Positions 1 through 13,629 of a DNA stretch of 64,000 nt are shown here, one piece after another. Position numbers and translations under genes: made by a program. The first letter of the stretch is position 1, and each line of letters begins with the position of its first letter. This stretch comes from Balanoglossus misakiensis (lineage: Eukaryota; Animalia; Hemichordata), in the NCBI GenBank assembly GCA_040954595.2, contig CM082596.2:10904454-10968453 (forward strand). Reading direction: 5' to 3'. A model generated the notes under the pieces. It saw only the letters and a program-made list of their open reading frames with translations. It did no database searches and was not told the DNA's origin.

Positions 1-3000
1 AATTAAATTTTATGCAATATTATTCTATCCCTTACAACATTTCAGCATAACTCTTTCCATATTTGTTTTCATTCTGTGACTGTTCCACTTATATCTTGTA
101 GAGAATTCGTTACTCCAAAACAAAGGCTTGAAACTATACATATCCTGTTACGTGACCTTTCTTTGAATTCCATTTATGATGTAAGAAATTAAATTATTTG
201 CAATATTAATCTATTCCTTACAACATTCCGGCATAACTCTTTCCATATTTGTTTTCATTCTGTGACTGTTCCACTTAAATCTTGTAGAGAATTCGTTATT
301 CCAAAACAAAGCCTTGAAACTATAACATAAGTCTTTTTAGTAAAACATATCCTGTTATGTGACCATTCTTTGAATTCCATTTATGATGTAAGAAATTAAA
401 TTATTTGCAATATTAATCTATCCCTTACAACATTCCGACATAACTCTTTCCATATTTGTTTTCATTCTGTGACTGTTCCACTTAAATCTTGTAGAGAATT
501 CGTTATTCCAAAACAAAGCCTTCAAACTATACATATTAAGTCTTTTTAGTAAAACATGGCCCGTTATGTGACCATTCTTTGAATTCCATTTATGATGTAA
601 GAAATTAAATTATTTGCAATATTAATCTATCCCTTACAACATTCCGACATAACTCTTTCCATATTTGTTTTCATTCTGTGACTGTTCCACTTAAATCTTG
701 TAGAGAATTTGGTATTTCAACACAAATTCTTGAACCTATACATAATTCTTTTTAGTAAAACATGGCCCGTTATTTTACCATTCTTTGAATTTCATTTATG
801 ATGTGAGAAATTAAATTATTTGCAATATTAAACTATCCCTTACATTAATCCAGCATAACTATTTGAATATTTGTTTTCATTCTGTAACTGTTCAACTTAA
901 ATCTTGGAGAGAATTCGTTATTCCAAAACAAAGCCTTGAAATTATACATAAGTCTTTTTAGTAAAACATGGCCCGTTATGTGACCATTCTTTGAATTCCA
1001 TTTATGATGTAAGAAATTAAATTATTTGCAATATTAATCTATCCTTTACAACATTCCGACATAACTCTTTCCATATTTGTTTTCATTCTGTAACTGTTCA
1101 ACTTAAATCTTGGAGAGAATTCGTTATTCCAAAACAAAGCCTTGAAACTATACATAAGTCTTTTTAGTAAAACATGGCCCGTTATGTGACCATTCTTTGA
1201 ATTCCATTTATGATGTAAGAAATTAAATTATTTGCAATATTAATCTATCCCTTACAACATTCCGACATAACTCTTTCCATATTTGTTTTCATTCTGTGAC
1301 TGTTCCACTTAAATCTTGTAGAGAATTTGGTATTTCAACACAAATTCTTGAACCTATACATAATTCTTTTTAGTAAAACATATCCAGTTATGTGACCATT
1401 CTTTGAATTCCATTTATGATGTAAGTAATTAAATTTTATGCAATATTAATCTATCCCTTACAACATTTCAGCATAACTCTTTCCATATTTGTTTTCATTC
1501 TGTGACTGTTCCACTTAAATCTTGTAGAGAATTCGTTACTCCAAAACAAAGGCTTGAAACTATACATATCCTGTTACGTTACCTTTCTTTGAATTCCATT
1601 TATGATGTAAGAAATTAAATTATTTGCAATATTAATCTATTCCTTACAACATTCCGGCATAACTCTTTCCATATTTGTTTTCATTCTGTGACTGTTCCAC
1701 TTAAATCTTGTAGAGAATTCGTTATTCCAAAACAAAGCCTTGAAACTATACATATCGTGTTACGTGACGTTTTGTTTGAATACCATTCATGATGTAAGAA
1801 ATTACATTATTTGCAATATTAATCTATTCCTTACAACATTCCGGCATAACTCTTTCCATATTTGTTTTCATTCTGTGACTGTTCCACTTAAATCTTGTAG
1901 AGAATTCGTTATTCCAAAACAAAGCCTTGAAACTATAACATAAGTCTTTTAGTAAAACATATCCTGTTATGTGACCATTCTTTGAATTCCATTTATGATG
2001 TAAGAAATTAAATTATTTGCAATATTAATCTATCCCTTACAACATTCCGACATAACTCTTTCCATATTTGTTTTCATTCTGTGACTGTTCTGCTTAAATC
2101 TTGTAGAGAATTTGGTATTTCAACACAAATTCTTGAACCTATACATAATTCTTTTTAGTAAAACATATCCAGTTATGTGACCATTCTTTGAATTCCATTT
2201 ATGATGTAAGTAATTAAATTTTATGCAATATTAATCTATCCCTTACAACATTTCAGCATAACTCTTTCCATATTTGTTTTCATTCTGTGACTGTTCCACT
2301 TAAATCTTGTAGAGAATTCGTTACTCCAAAACAAAGGCTTGAAACTATACATATCCCGTTACGTGACCTTTCTTTGAATTCCATTTATGATGTAAGAAAT
2401 TAAATTATTTGCAATATTAATCTATTCCTTACAACATTCCGGCATAACTCTTTCCATATTTGTTTTCATTCTGTGACTGTTCCACTTAAATCTTGTAGAG
2501 AATTCGTTATTCCAAAACAAAGCCTTGAAACTATAACATAAGTCTTTTAGTAAAACATATCCTGTTATGTGACCATTCTTTGAATTCCATTTATGATGTA
2601 AGAAATTAAATTATTTGCAATATTAATCTATCCCTTACAACATTCCGACATAACTCTTTCCATATTTGTTTTCATTCTGTGACTGTTCCACTTAAATCTT
2701 GTAGAGAATTTGGTATTTCAACACAAATTCTTGAACCTATACATAAGTCTTTTTAGTAAAACATATCCAGTTATGTTACCATTCTTTGAATTCCATTTAT
2801 GATGTAAGAAATTAAATTTTATGCAATATTATTCTATCCCTTACAACATTCCAGCATAACTCTTTCCATATTTGTTTTCATTCTGTTACTATTCCACTTA
2901 AATCTTGTAGAGAATTCGTTATTCCAAAACAAAGCCTTCAAACTATACATATTAAGTCTTTTTAGTGAAGCATGGCCTGTTATGTGACCATTCTTTGAAT

Positions 3001-4018
3001 TCTATTTATGATGTATGAAATTTATTTTTTTGCAATATTAATCTATCCCTTACAACATTCCAGCATAACTATTTCAATATTTGTTTCCATTCTGTAACTG
3101 TTCCACTTAAATCTTGGAGAGAATTCGGTATTTCAACACAAATTCTTGAACCTATACATAATTCTTTTTAGTAAAACATATCCAGTTATGTGACCATTCT
3201 TTGAATTCCATTTATGATGTAAGTAATTAAATTTTATGCAATATTAATCTATCCCTTACAACATTTCAGCATAACTCTTTCCATATTTGTTTTCATTCTG
3301 TGACTGTTTCACTTAAATCTTGGAGAGAATTTGTTATTCCAAAACAAAGCCTTGAAAATATACATGACTTTTTTTGTATAACATATCCTGTTACGTGACC
3401 TTTCTTTGAATACCATTTATGATGTAAGAAATTACATTATTTGCAATATTAATCTATCCCTTACAACATTCCAGCATAACTCTTTCCATATTTGCTATCA
3501 TTCTGTGACTGTTCCACTTAAATCTTGTAGTGAATTCAGTATTTCAACACAAACCCTTGAAATTATACATAAGTCTTTTTAGTAAAACATATCCTGTTAT
3601 GTGACCATTCTTTGAATTCCATTTATGATGTTAGAAATTAAATTATGTGCAATATTATTCTAACCTTTACAACATTCCGGCATAACTCTTTCCATATTTG
3701 TTTTCATTCTGTGACTGTTTCACTTAAATCTTGGAGAGAATTTGTTATTCCAAAACAAAGCCTTGAAAATATACATGTCTTTTTTTGTATAACATATCCT
3801 GTTACGTGACCTTTCTTTGAATACCATTTATGATGTAAGAAATTACATTATTTGCAATATTAATCTATCCCTTACAACATTCCAGCATAACTCTTTCCAT
3901 ATTTGTTTTCATTCTGTGTGACTGTTCCACTTAAATCTTGTAGAGAATTCGTTATTCCAAAACAAAGCCTTGAAACTATACATATCCTGTTACGTGACCT
4001 TTCTTTGAATACCATTTA
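1..4018 (+). repeat. Satellite array with 186-bp and ~206-208-bp monomers, truncated at TTA by a MITE
   Basis: AATTAAATT anchor recurs at 1, 187 and 394. Long monomers carry an extra ~20-bp AAGTCTTTTTAGTAAAACAT. The last monomer stops at ...ACCATTTA (4018). Confidence 0.97.
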
Positions 4019-5174
4019 GGGACCGTTCAGTTTTTACGGCAGGGGGGGGGGGTGGCAAGTTTGAGTCATCGGTTCTCAAAATCAGGCCAACCCCCCCCCC
4101 CTTCACCCAGGACCAAAAAATGATGACCCCCCCTTTGACAGACCCAAAAATATGATGAACCCCCCCCCCCACGCCCAAAATATTCGCCGTTCTGATCCTA
4201 TGTACACTGTATGCAATAAAGGGAATGAGGCTCCTCACACCTCAATTATATATTTCTTAAAGTATTATTGAAGTATATAATAGTATATCGTTGCAATAAA
4301 GAAATCTATGAACAAAAGAAAATGACAAGTCAATACAATAGTTGCTAGAATCGGTAAAACAAGAAAAGTGGTGGGGGTGGGCGTAAGAAAATTTTGTAAA
4401 ATACGGTGCTCAAAGTTGCAATTTAATGAACTCAAAAGCAAATTAACTCAATGTTAGGGAGGACAAATTTTAATTTTGCCACTCCACTCAAAGTAAGCAT
4501 CGAGGTGGGGTGGCAAGAAGTCTTCCCTGGTACACTAGACAAACCAGTGAATAAATGCAATGTGGCCTTGAATGGAGGGGTGGGTGTGGGAGGGGGTGTC
4601 CCCCTCCCACATAAGAAAATTTTGTAAAATATGTAGCGCAAAGTTGCATTTTAATGAACTCAAAAGCAAATTATCTCAATGTTTGGGAGGATTTTACTTT
4701 TTGCCACTCCACTCAAAGTTAGAAGATTTGGCGTCATCTTGTCATGACATCATTTATAAAACTTCTAGTATATAGAAGATGCAGCGCGAAACTATCAGTT
4801 ATGCAAAATGGTTTAAACAATTATTCTCCTTTATGTATTCACTTTGTTAAATATTATCATCGGTGATGTTGGGGTGGCAAGCACTCTGCCCTGGTACACT
4901 AGACAAACCAGCAAAAAATGAAATGTGGCGGAGAATGAAGGGGGTGGGTGTCCCCCTCCCACATTAGAAAATTTTGTAAAATAAAGGGTGCGAAACTGCA
5001 ATTTTGTGGACTCAAAAGCAAAAGTTCGGTGGCAAAAGTATGTGACCCCCCCTAAACGTTTAAAAAATCCAGATGACCCCCCCTTGTGGACTTCAAAATT
5101 TAAGTGACCCCCCCCCCCCTTGGATTTTGCCGCCCCCTCCTCCCCCCCCCCGGCCGTAAAAACTGAACGGTCCG
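4019..5174. mobile_element. PIF/Harbinger-like MITE
   Basis: TIRs GGGACCGTTCAGTTTTTACGGC...GCCGTAAAAACTGAACGGTCC(G), flanked by TTA at 4016-4018 and 5175-5177. G/C-tract subtermini and repeated internal modules. Confidence 0.8.
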
Positions 5175-5430
5175 TTAGCTGGTGTCATCTGACAGATGCA
5201 TCCTCACTCACACAATCTAGGTACGTCAACACACAAAAATATAAATATGTTTTACCAATGGCACTCCACTCCACTCCACTCCAGGTAAGAGGTTAGAGGG
5301 CAGGAGACCATTTGCCTGACATCATATGGCTACCTGGGTTTAACTATAACATTGTCAGAGACGTGCCGCTGGAGGACAATACCGAAGCATACGATGTACT
5401 AGGACATGAATCCCAGTATTTTGTGAATAA

Positions 5431-5979
5431 CAGTAGAGAGGTTTAGTTACACGTAAATACGTTCGATCAGCACGTGTAGCGTCGTTGTCATGTGATAAAG
5501 ATACATTGCGTATGTGTAGAGCAGACGTTCGGTACGGCAAGCGACGCTTCTACGCGTAATCATGATTTTTCGATATTCTCTCTCTAATTTGAGGGATTGA
5601 TCTCTGAAAGTGCAATTGTGATGTAGCCAGCATCCATGTAATCTGAAAGATTTCTGCCATATGTGCTAAAACCGGCAGTATTTGGCATTTTAAAAACATG
5701 AACACAAAATTTATTCCCATGATAAGTTTTCAGTGGACGCCTCGATTAAGACATCGGAAAACTTTACTAAAGTATATTTCCACTGCAGTCAAGAAACCTA
5801 TTGCAAGGGTGGTGATCTTAGAGAATATTCATAACACACAAAATTTTAAGTGAAAAAAATTTGAATTTTCTATTAATACTCAAAACGGACAACTAAACTG
5901 CAAAACACCTATGCGAATGCCACTGCTGCCATCAGACGTACGCATATTTACGTGTAAGTGTAACTAAACCTCTCTATTG
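5431..5979. mobile_element. Non-autonomous TIR element (mirror copy 55341-55889)
   Basis: CAGTAGAGAGGTTTAGTTACAC...GTGTAACTAAACCTCTCTATTG. TSD unclear. Confidence 0.65.
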
Positions 5980-6212
5980 GCAAATAAGCTGAAATTGTTC
6001 TAGTGGCCAATATTTATTCAAAGGAAAGAACATTTCTAAGTTCACAAATGAGCACAAAGGACTGTGAACGAGACTGCAGACAGTCCCAATGAAGACATGA
6101 CTTAGTCCCAATTTGCAAGCTGAGATGCAACTGACTTCTGCATGGGTAACTTAGCTCTGGGGATGTCCTGTGTGATTTCAAGCAATTGATGACGAAATTT
6201 AACACAGTTTTA

Positions 6213-7889
6213 TATGGCAAGCCAAGTGTTGCAAAATTCAATAAAACCATTTGTGTGTCCATGAAAACCATGTTTGTGTTCATAAAAAAGCATTTTTGTG
6301 TTCATAAAAAAACATGTTTGGGTCAAAAACGAATAGTACATTTTTGTGTTCATGAACACCATTTGTCACAAGATGGCGCACTGCAATGCCCTTTGCCTAT
6401 AATGCATAGTGGTGGCGGGGCCCCTTTAGGAAGGGGTCACATGGACCCCAACATCCTGAGGACTGTGTCTGTATCATAAAGAAAACATGGCTTATGATTT
6501 GAAATGTTACCAATCCTTTCTTAAAGTTAACCATATATATTCTGTGTCCACTCATTGGATAAACAAAATTTGAGATTGACTTCAAGGGGATACCAGTTAG
6601 ATCACACTTCCAAGCAATGGGTATAGGGCTTTGTTGTATCAGTGACATGGCTAGGCGTTGGCAAAGTGGACAATATAAGGGTACATATTACTAAGAATGC
6701 TGAGTAATTACAGAGGTACACTTACATAAAATGTAGCAAAAACATGAAAACTGTAATTATAAATAACCCTCTGTACAGTAGCATGGTCTGAATTTTATCT
6801 ATTATTAATACATGTACATATTTAGCCCCATAGCCCCATGCAATGATGGGGATAGGGGACTTTTGGAGAGAAAAATGCTGGCAGATGGTATAGAGGAAAA
6901 CAATTTCTGCAATATTAATGACTTGAGAAAAATATGTTCAAACACAGATTGTAAAACAAAAGAAGTGAAGGAGTGGGTGTGGGAAGGGGTGTACAATACG
7001 GAGCTCAAAGTTGTATTTTAAGGAACTCAAAAACAAATCAACTCAATGTTACAATCCGTGGGGGTGCGGTGGCAAGTACTCTGCCCTGGTACGCTAGATA
7101 ACCCAGCTAATAAATGAAATGTGGTGGAGAATGAAGGAGGAGGGTATAGAAAAATCTGTAAAATAAAGGGCTCGAAACTGCATTTTTGTGGACTCAAAAC
7201 CAAAGGGGGCAAAAGCATGTGACCCCCAAACGTTTAAAAAAACATGAGCCCCCACCCTATTGGATGTCAAAATTTATGTGACCCCGCTAGGATTTTGCTG
7301 ACCCCCCCCCCCCTAAAGACTATACGGTCCCTAAGCACAGGCTCTGCTGTAGTCAGAGATGCATGTGGCCATAAGCACAGGCTTGTATAAATAATATATC
7401 AATTGCACCAGGAAATTGGCTTAGTAGAGTGGTTTGGCACAGTAACCCACCTTGCTGCACTTATGTAGCCCAACAACTCCCCTTGACAACAATTTCTATA
7501 AACCAGCATTTTTACTCTAGCCACTATAAACGATCCTGAATGTTTACTCAAATGCCTTATCCAATTTCGGACAACTCTCAGTTTTGGCTACAAAACAAAT
7601 GTTTCCTGCTTAAAGACGAATGCAATTGATCAACCTCTAAATAAAATGTGTGACATTTTTCAACAATAAAACGTATCTGAATCCAAAGGCAAATCCCACT
7701 CAGCATCGTCTGCTTGAAATATTGCAGAGCGCCAGCTAGAGTCAAAAAGGTGTATGCTTGAAATATTGCAGAGCGCCATCTAGTGTTGAAAAAGTGTATC
7801 AACATAAACATGGTTTTATTGAACACAAACATGGTCTTCATGAACACAAAAATGGTTTTATTGAAATTTGCAACACTTGGCTTGCCATA
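6213..7889. repeat. Inverted pair of ~170-bp repeats, possibly the TIRs of one element (mirror 53431-55107)
   Basis: TATGGCAAGCCAAGTGTTGCAAA at 6213 and its reverse complement ending at 7889. Both carry ~20-bp subrepeats and AGATGGCGC. Confidence 0.55.
6968..7331. mobile_element. Truncated relative of the Harbinger-like MITE (mirror ~53988-54352)
   Basis: Shares CCCTGGTAC(A/G)CTAGA modules with 4019-5174 and ends ACGGTCCC|TAA. Confidence 0.6.
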
Positions 7890-8478
7890 GTTTTGCTGAG
7901 GTAACCATTTAGGTTTCATGACTAAGATTGTTTAACAATCCATAAACTACAAATTTTATCCAATGAATGAATTTCCTTAGAATTTCACAGCTGTGCGAGA
8001 TCTTGCAGTTATACAAAAATGTGTATTTTTCTGATGGCAATGCATTTGCAACAACGGCCTCTAAACTTTATGGATTGTCTCTCTTCTACGAATCATCAAT
8101 TTGGTTTTTAACCAGAACATTGTACTGATTTAGCCATTTTTGTATTGAAGGAAATTCTGAGTTATTATAAACATCATAACACGCATGTTTTTGTTACTTT
8201 TATGAACGTCTCAAAGTGTTAGACTTTTCAAGATTTTGTTGTTAAATGGAACGGATCTATACTGCACCATTCTAGTCTAAAAAAGATGTTAAACAGGGCG
8301 GAATTTCATCTCCAATTTTTTTCACAGTGTACTTAGATGATTTCAGTAGGAATTTATCAAAACTTCAGTTCAGATGTCTTCTTGGCGATTACAGGTTGAA
8401 ACATTTCGATATAGTTATTTTCTCTACTGGAGCCTACGGTCACCAAATGTTAGTTAATTGCTGTGGTCGTTAAGGCAG

Positions 8479-9415
8479 TATAAATGCGATACTTTTCAAT
8501 GAGAAAAAGACGGTGTTTATGCTAATTCAACCCAGTGTTAGGTAACTTAAAACAGTTCCAATTTATTTAAATGGTAGACTACTGAGTTATGTTAATGTTT
8601 ACAAATATCTTGGTCATTTAATATCTTGAAACCTTAAAGATAATGAGGATATTCAAGCTCAGAGTTGTTTTTTATACTTTAGGGGGGAAACGCTATCCTT
8701 TGTGATTATAAATTTGCATCTTTATCGGTCAAATGTCATATATTTAAGCAATAAAACACCCCCAGCCATGGTATACCACGAGATTTTGACCAGTTCACGA
8801 CATGGAGTTGAACTGGTCAAAATCGAGTGGTATACCATGGCTGGGGGTGTTTTATTGCTATTATATTATGCCAGTATATTGAAACTTTGCATAAAACATT
8901 TTAAAAAGGCATTTTCTTTGACTATGATATATGACTGTGGTATATGGCTAATATATCACGGTCACGTGTCGTGTCTCGACCAATCAAATAGCGTGATTTA
9001 CACCATCAATATACTGGTATAATATAATTTCAGTTTTTTGTGACATTCTGTTCAATTCTCATTAGTGGTGTAATTTTTCTATGAAAATGTTTTATACCGC
9101 TAGAACAGCATATTCTCTGATATTTCGTAAATTAACAGGTTTCGAACATAGTCATGTTCAAAGTAATACTTTATTGCTTGATAATCTAAATGTTTTAACT
9201 CTTGATGAGATACTTAAGGAAAAAAAGTCATATAGTTTAATGAGCAGGTTTCAGCTTTCTAGTACTTTGATCGTGTCTTCTGTACTGCCCAAGTCTATTT
9301 TTTCAAAAATTTTATTATGGAATGTTTGGTGTCAAAGACTATTTTAACTAGAAGTATTTTTTTTCTTGTTTACCTCCTATGGATTATTTTTTATCTGAAA
9401 TAAACATTAACAATA
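8479..9415 (+). pseudogene. Degenerate LINE 3' fragment (RTE-X-like), interrupted by a palindromic element (mirror ~51905-52841)
   Basis: Translates as ILFNEKKTVFM...LNGRLLSYVNVYKYLGHLIS*NLKDNEDI, resembling a post-RT region, with in-frame stops. AATAAA near 9400. Confidence 0.6.
8738..9021. mobile_element. Palindromic non-autonomous element, Crypton-like (mirror hairpin 52461-52573)
   Basis: Near-perfect ~113-bp hairpin at 8747-8859 (AGCAATAAAACACCCCCAGCCATGGTATACCAC...GTGGTATACCATGGCTGGGGGTGTTTTATTGCT), inserted in the LINE fragment. Confidence 0.55.
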
Positions 9416-9939
9416 ATGTATTTGCCTGTAAACAAATATTGACGTCCATTCGTAGCGTTATTTTGTCAGTGAAATGGCTTCATCATTATCCATCCAACCA
9501 AAGTTGAAACAGAGTTAAATATGCACTGCTTGAAATCATAAAATGTTGCGAAATTGAACCAAAAGTTCGGACAACAGTCAAGTTCTTATTGCTATTATTA
9601 GAAGCAGACAGTATCAGGGAACAAGAGACATGGGTCTGATTTGCAAGCCGAGTTGGAAATGACTTTGCCTGCCCACGGACCCGCCAATTTCAGTGAATCT
9701 TATCGTATTAAAAACGAATATGGAGAACTGTTCTCTGTGTTTCTATTGTTAGCCTGCATAGCTGCATGCATAGCTGTTGTCATTCTAGTTTTTTTTTCTG
9801 TACACCTAAATTTTCTGGGCGATGAGCATGCTGAATTTATCCGTTGCTTCTCACCAGCAGAAGGACCACAAAATGCAGATTTTCATTTCTACGGCACAAA
9901 GGAATTTTATACTTTGCGTTCAAATATAAATCCTGTTAA

Positions 9940-10444
9940 AGGCACATGAGCTGCAACTGGATAAAAAATTTAAAGTTTTAAATAATCTCATATATGCTTT
10001 TAATCATGTCTATTAAATGATATTTCATGATAATATATCAAGTTCAACACTTATTTATGACAAAATGGCCAAGAATTGAAGAAAAATGAAAATTCCTGCA
10101 TTTTTTTAAAAAGTGCAATATTGGAATGAAAAACGAAAATATAATGTCTCAGCGGTGTACATTTACTTCGATGAGCTCAAGTGGATGAGATCATGTTTTG
10201 TTTATAAAGTTTCATAACCGGAAATGCAACATTTTCGTTGTTTTTTGCATTTTCCCGTGGTGGCGGCCATAATCGCTTGCGGCAAAGCTTTATTATTTAT
10301 CTGGTTAGAAATTGCATATGCACTCATATTTAGGGTTTATAATGCTTGTGTTTAGTTCACTGCCTTCATCTGCATAGACTAATGGTAGTACAGTTTGAAA
10401 CAAAAATTATGAAAATTATCCCAAAAGTTGCAGCTTACGTGCCT
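9940..10444. mobile_element. Kolobok-like MITE (mirror 50874-51379)
   Basis: TTAA|AGGCACATGAGCTGCAACT...AGTTGCAGCTTACGTGCCT|TTAA: TTAA target site with a purine-starting TIR. Confidence 0.8.
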
Positions 10445-13400
10445 TTAAATTCTTCAATAAATTCTTTATTGAGGATTCAAAAGTATTATGACTGATAGTG
10501 TCAGTACCTGTATCCCCAAAAAGGATGCTGTCAGTGTGCGTGTGATTGTGATCAATAACATATTTTCAAAATTTGCAGTGTGCCAGTTCAACACAGTTCG
10601 TGAGGATGGTAAAGCACGTGTGAATTTCAATTCATGACGACAGTGGGCCATGGCTGCCACATTAGCACATGATGGCTTAAATTAAAATGTGATATGCTTT
10701 ACATTTATTTGAATAACATTAAACCTCTGATATCTACAGAAACAGTACAATTATTGAGGAAAACATGATAAAAAATATGCAAACTTGTACATTCTTTGAA
10801 GTATATATCACTCACATTTTATGTTTTGAACAAATGGCTACACTGTTTGGAATATTTTTATCCATTGTTAAGTTATATCAGCTTGTTTTGGGGATCTTGA
10901 AAATGACATATATTAGGCATAAGAGGCAAAATGTCAGAAACAATTAGGTAATAAGATTGCACATCTCATAGGAGATAATCCATTTAGCAAGTATTACGTA
11001 AAAATCATTTCACTCTTATCAGGACCATAAATTTTTAAAACATACACATTGGCATGTATACAGTCATAGAGAGGTCAATGTGTATACAATTTTCAGTGGG
11101 GGGGGTTCCTCCTAAATTGCAAAGAACAATGTAAGGGTTATTTCACTTTTTTTATAAAATATTTGCGGTATAAGATAATACATCTAACATAATAAAAAAA
11201 TTAAATTGAGCTATGATTTGATTCCATTATAATTTATATGAAGAACATACATGTATCTATTACTTACAACTAAAATTTTAAATTTATCAGTCATGCATGT
11301 TCTGAGAAAAAGATTTTTTTATCAACATTCGAAAGCATGTCCCCAAAATGCAACAATTTCAGCTGACTTTTCATATATCACAGTAAGAATTCCCCTTGAA
11401 ACTGCAAACAATATTGAAGCAATCACAGAAAATAGCGTCAAGGACAGTTTGTGTTCTCTCAGGGTGTAGTGGATGAGGAGCAGCATGTTTGGAGAACAGT
11501 GGTTTGGTATATAGTTGAAAGGAACAATTTGCAAACACCAAGGTGAAATGCTGAACTTTTTGCTCATGTAATATTGAATGCAGCCTGATAAGGTGGGTGC
11601 TTGGTAGGGGGAAAACCACTAGCAAAGGGCTCTAATAACTGTTTTAAATTTAGTCTTAAAAATGGCCCGCACACACAAATGGCTTCGTTTGTACCTTATG
11701 TTATACTGATGAAATTCATTGTGTATTGTTATATCAAATTGCACCAGTGCAAGCTATGAGAAATGTGTTTTGAAAAAAAACAGTGCAAGTTAAGTAGAAG
11801 TAGTAGTCTAAAAGTGAAAGAAATACATTTTGAAAAAAATATCAGACAGCATTCAAGATCAGCTGAACTGTTTTGATAAAAAATTCTCCATTTTCAAGTA
11901 TATAATGTCATGTTCTGACCATAGTAGTGCAGGTTTTAGCAAAAAAATACATGCATTGATCAAACAGAAAGTTCAATCATTTAGTTTCCCCAGTTGCTGG
12001 GAGCGTAGCAGTTGTGAACATAGTATATGAAATGAATTAAAATAGTCATTTGCTCTCTGGTCCATCATTTTCAATAGAAGTGACCTGATTTCACATCAAT
12101 AGTTTACCACCCGTCATTTCCAGCTAATTTCATGTAGTACAAAACTCCTTTACAACATAATGACATTTCTAGAACTTTTTTTGCTGGTTGGGCCCACAGA
12201 CTAACACTAGTGGTTCTATAAAGAAACTTCCATAACAACCTTTACACCTGACGCGTTTCCATTCGAAATATGCAAATAAGGAAAAGACGCATATGCATTC
12301 TTTGCGTCCCCAGAGACACACGCAGGAAATCAAGCGAGTGCGACCACTAGCTGGAAGAGCTGAATTCAATGCATTGCCTTGCGATGTTCATGATACAGGG
12401 GGGTGATGATCAATGAACAGAACAACCGTCCACTTTCATGCGTTGTAGTGCACTGATCATGGCATGTTGATCATGGCAAAACAAACGACGATGTAAGATA
12501 GCAGTGCTTTGCAAGTTTGGCTAATATGTATGAAAATCGGCTCGCAACTTTTTTCTTGCATTTGTGATTTGGCGTGGGGGTAGCGAAAACACTACTGGCT
12601 AATCCGTTCCGATTTCTGTCACTTTTCCAATTCTTCCCCAACACCTCAAAGCTACACACCACCGCCAAAAACATAAAGCTACACACCCCTACCAGAAAAT
12701 GGTATGCATTCTTGACAGGTTGTTGACGGAAGGAAGTAGTAGCTCATACGGTTTTACCCAATTCGATAGTCTCCTCGTTACACTTCGGAGCCAAAAATGG
12801 CAAAATTTGCCAAAAAAAAAAATCAACACTTTCATCATAGGGTTTGCTTAAAAGTCTTGAAAACACACCTAGGAACCTGGAAACCAAATTTCAAAAAAAT
12901 ATGGATAAAGGTTTCAGAGTATTTGACCAAAAGGCAAAAATCGCTCCAAAAGTATACATTAAAAAATGAAAATAATCTGTATAAGGTCTCAATAAAATAC
13001 AATGTACACACCAATTTCTAAAGCAATCTGACCAGCACCTTCTTGTGTTTCAGAGTTTTGACCAATTTCACTTGGGTCCCCCAATGGTATACGAAATGGG
13101 ACCCAAAGAGTAAAAACACATATCAAAGATTTTAAAACTACAGCCTCACAAGCTGCCAAATTTTACAAATCTCTTTCCTCTGTAAAATATTTCCCACTGA
13201 GCCATATTGCTTGTATGTGATTAATATCTAACTTACTAACATACAGCCACATTCATTTGTCAATAACATGTTCATGTTTATCTATCAGTAAGCCTATTTA
13301 GATGGATCAATCTAAGATCAAAAGTTAAACCATGAAAATAATGAAAGATTGGCAACTTTGAGTTTGAGTCTAAAGATATAATGATGACATTTAAGGTTTT

Positions 13401-13629
13401 ATTGAAATAACATGAGAACCTCTCTACTATTTGAAGCACTTAAGTTTAAAATGAAAAACTTCCTTCTACCCCTCAAAGTTTTTTTTCAAGAATATGTTCT
13501 ACTCTGGGACAACAATTCTCGACCCCTTTACCAAATGTCAGGGACCAGATTTCTGTAAGCATAATTACAAATGACCTTGCGGTGACTTTTTACCTACACT
13601 CCCATATTGGGTAGTATGAAAGACCGAAT

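Noticed and set aside
1-4018. CRISPR-like array
   Set aside because: Whole monomers repeat with no unique spacers, there are no cas genes, and the context is eukaryotic.
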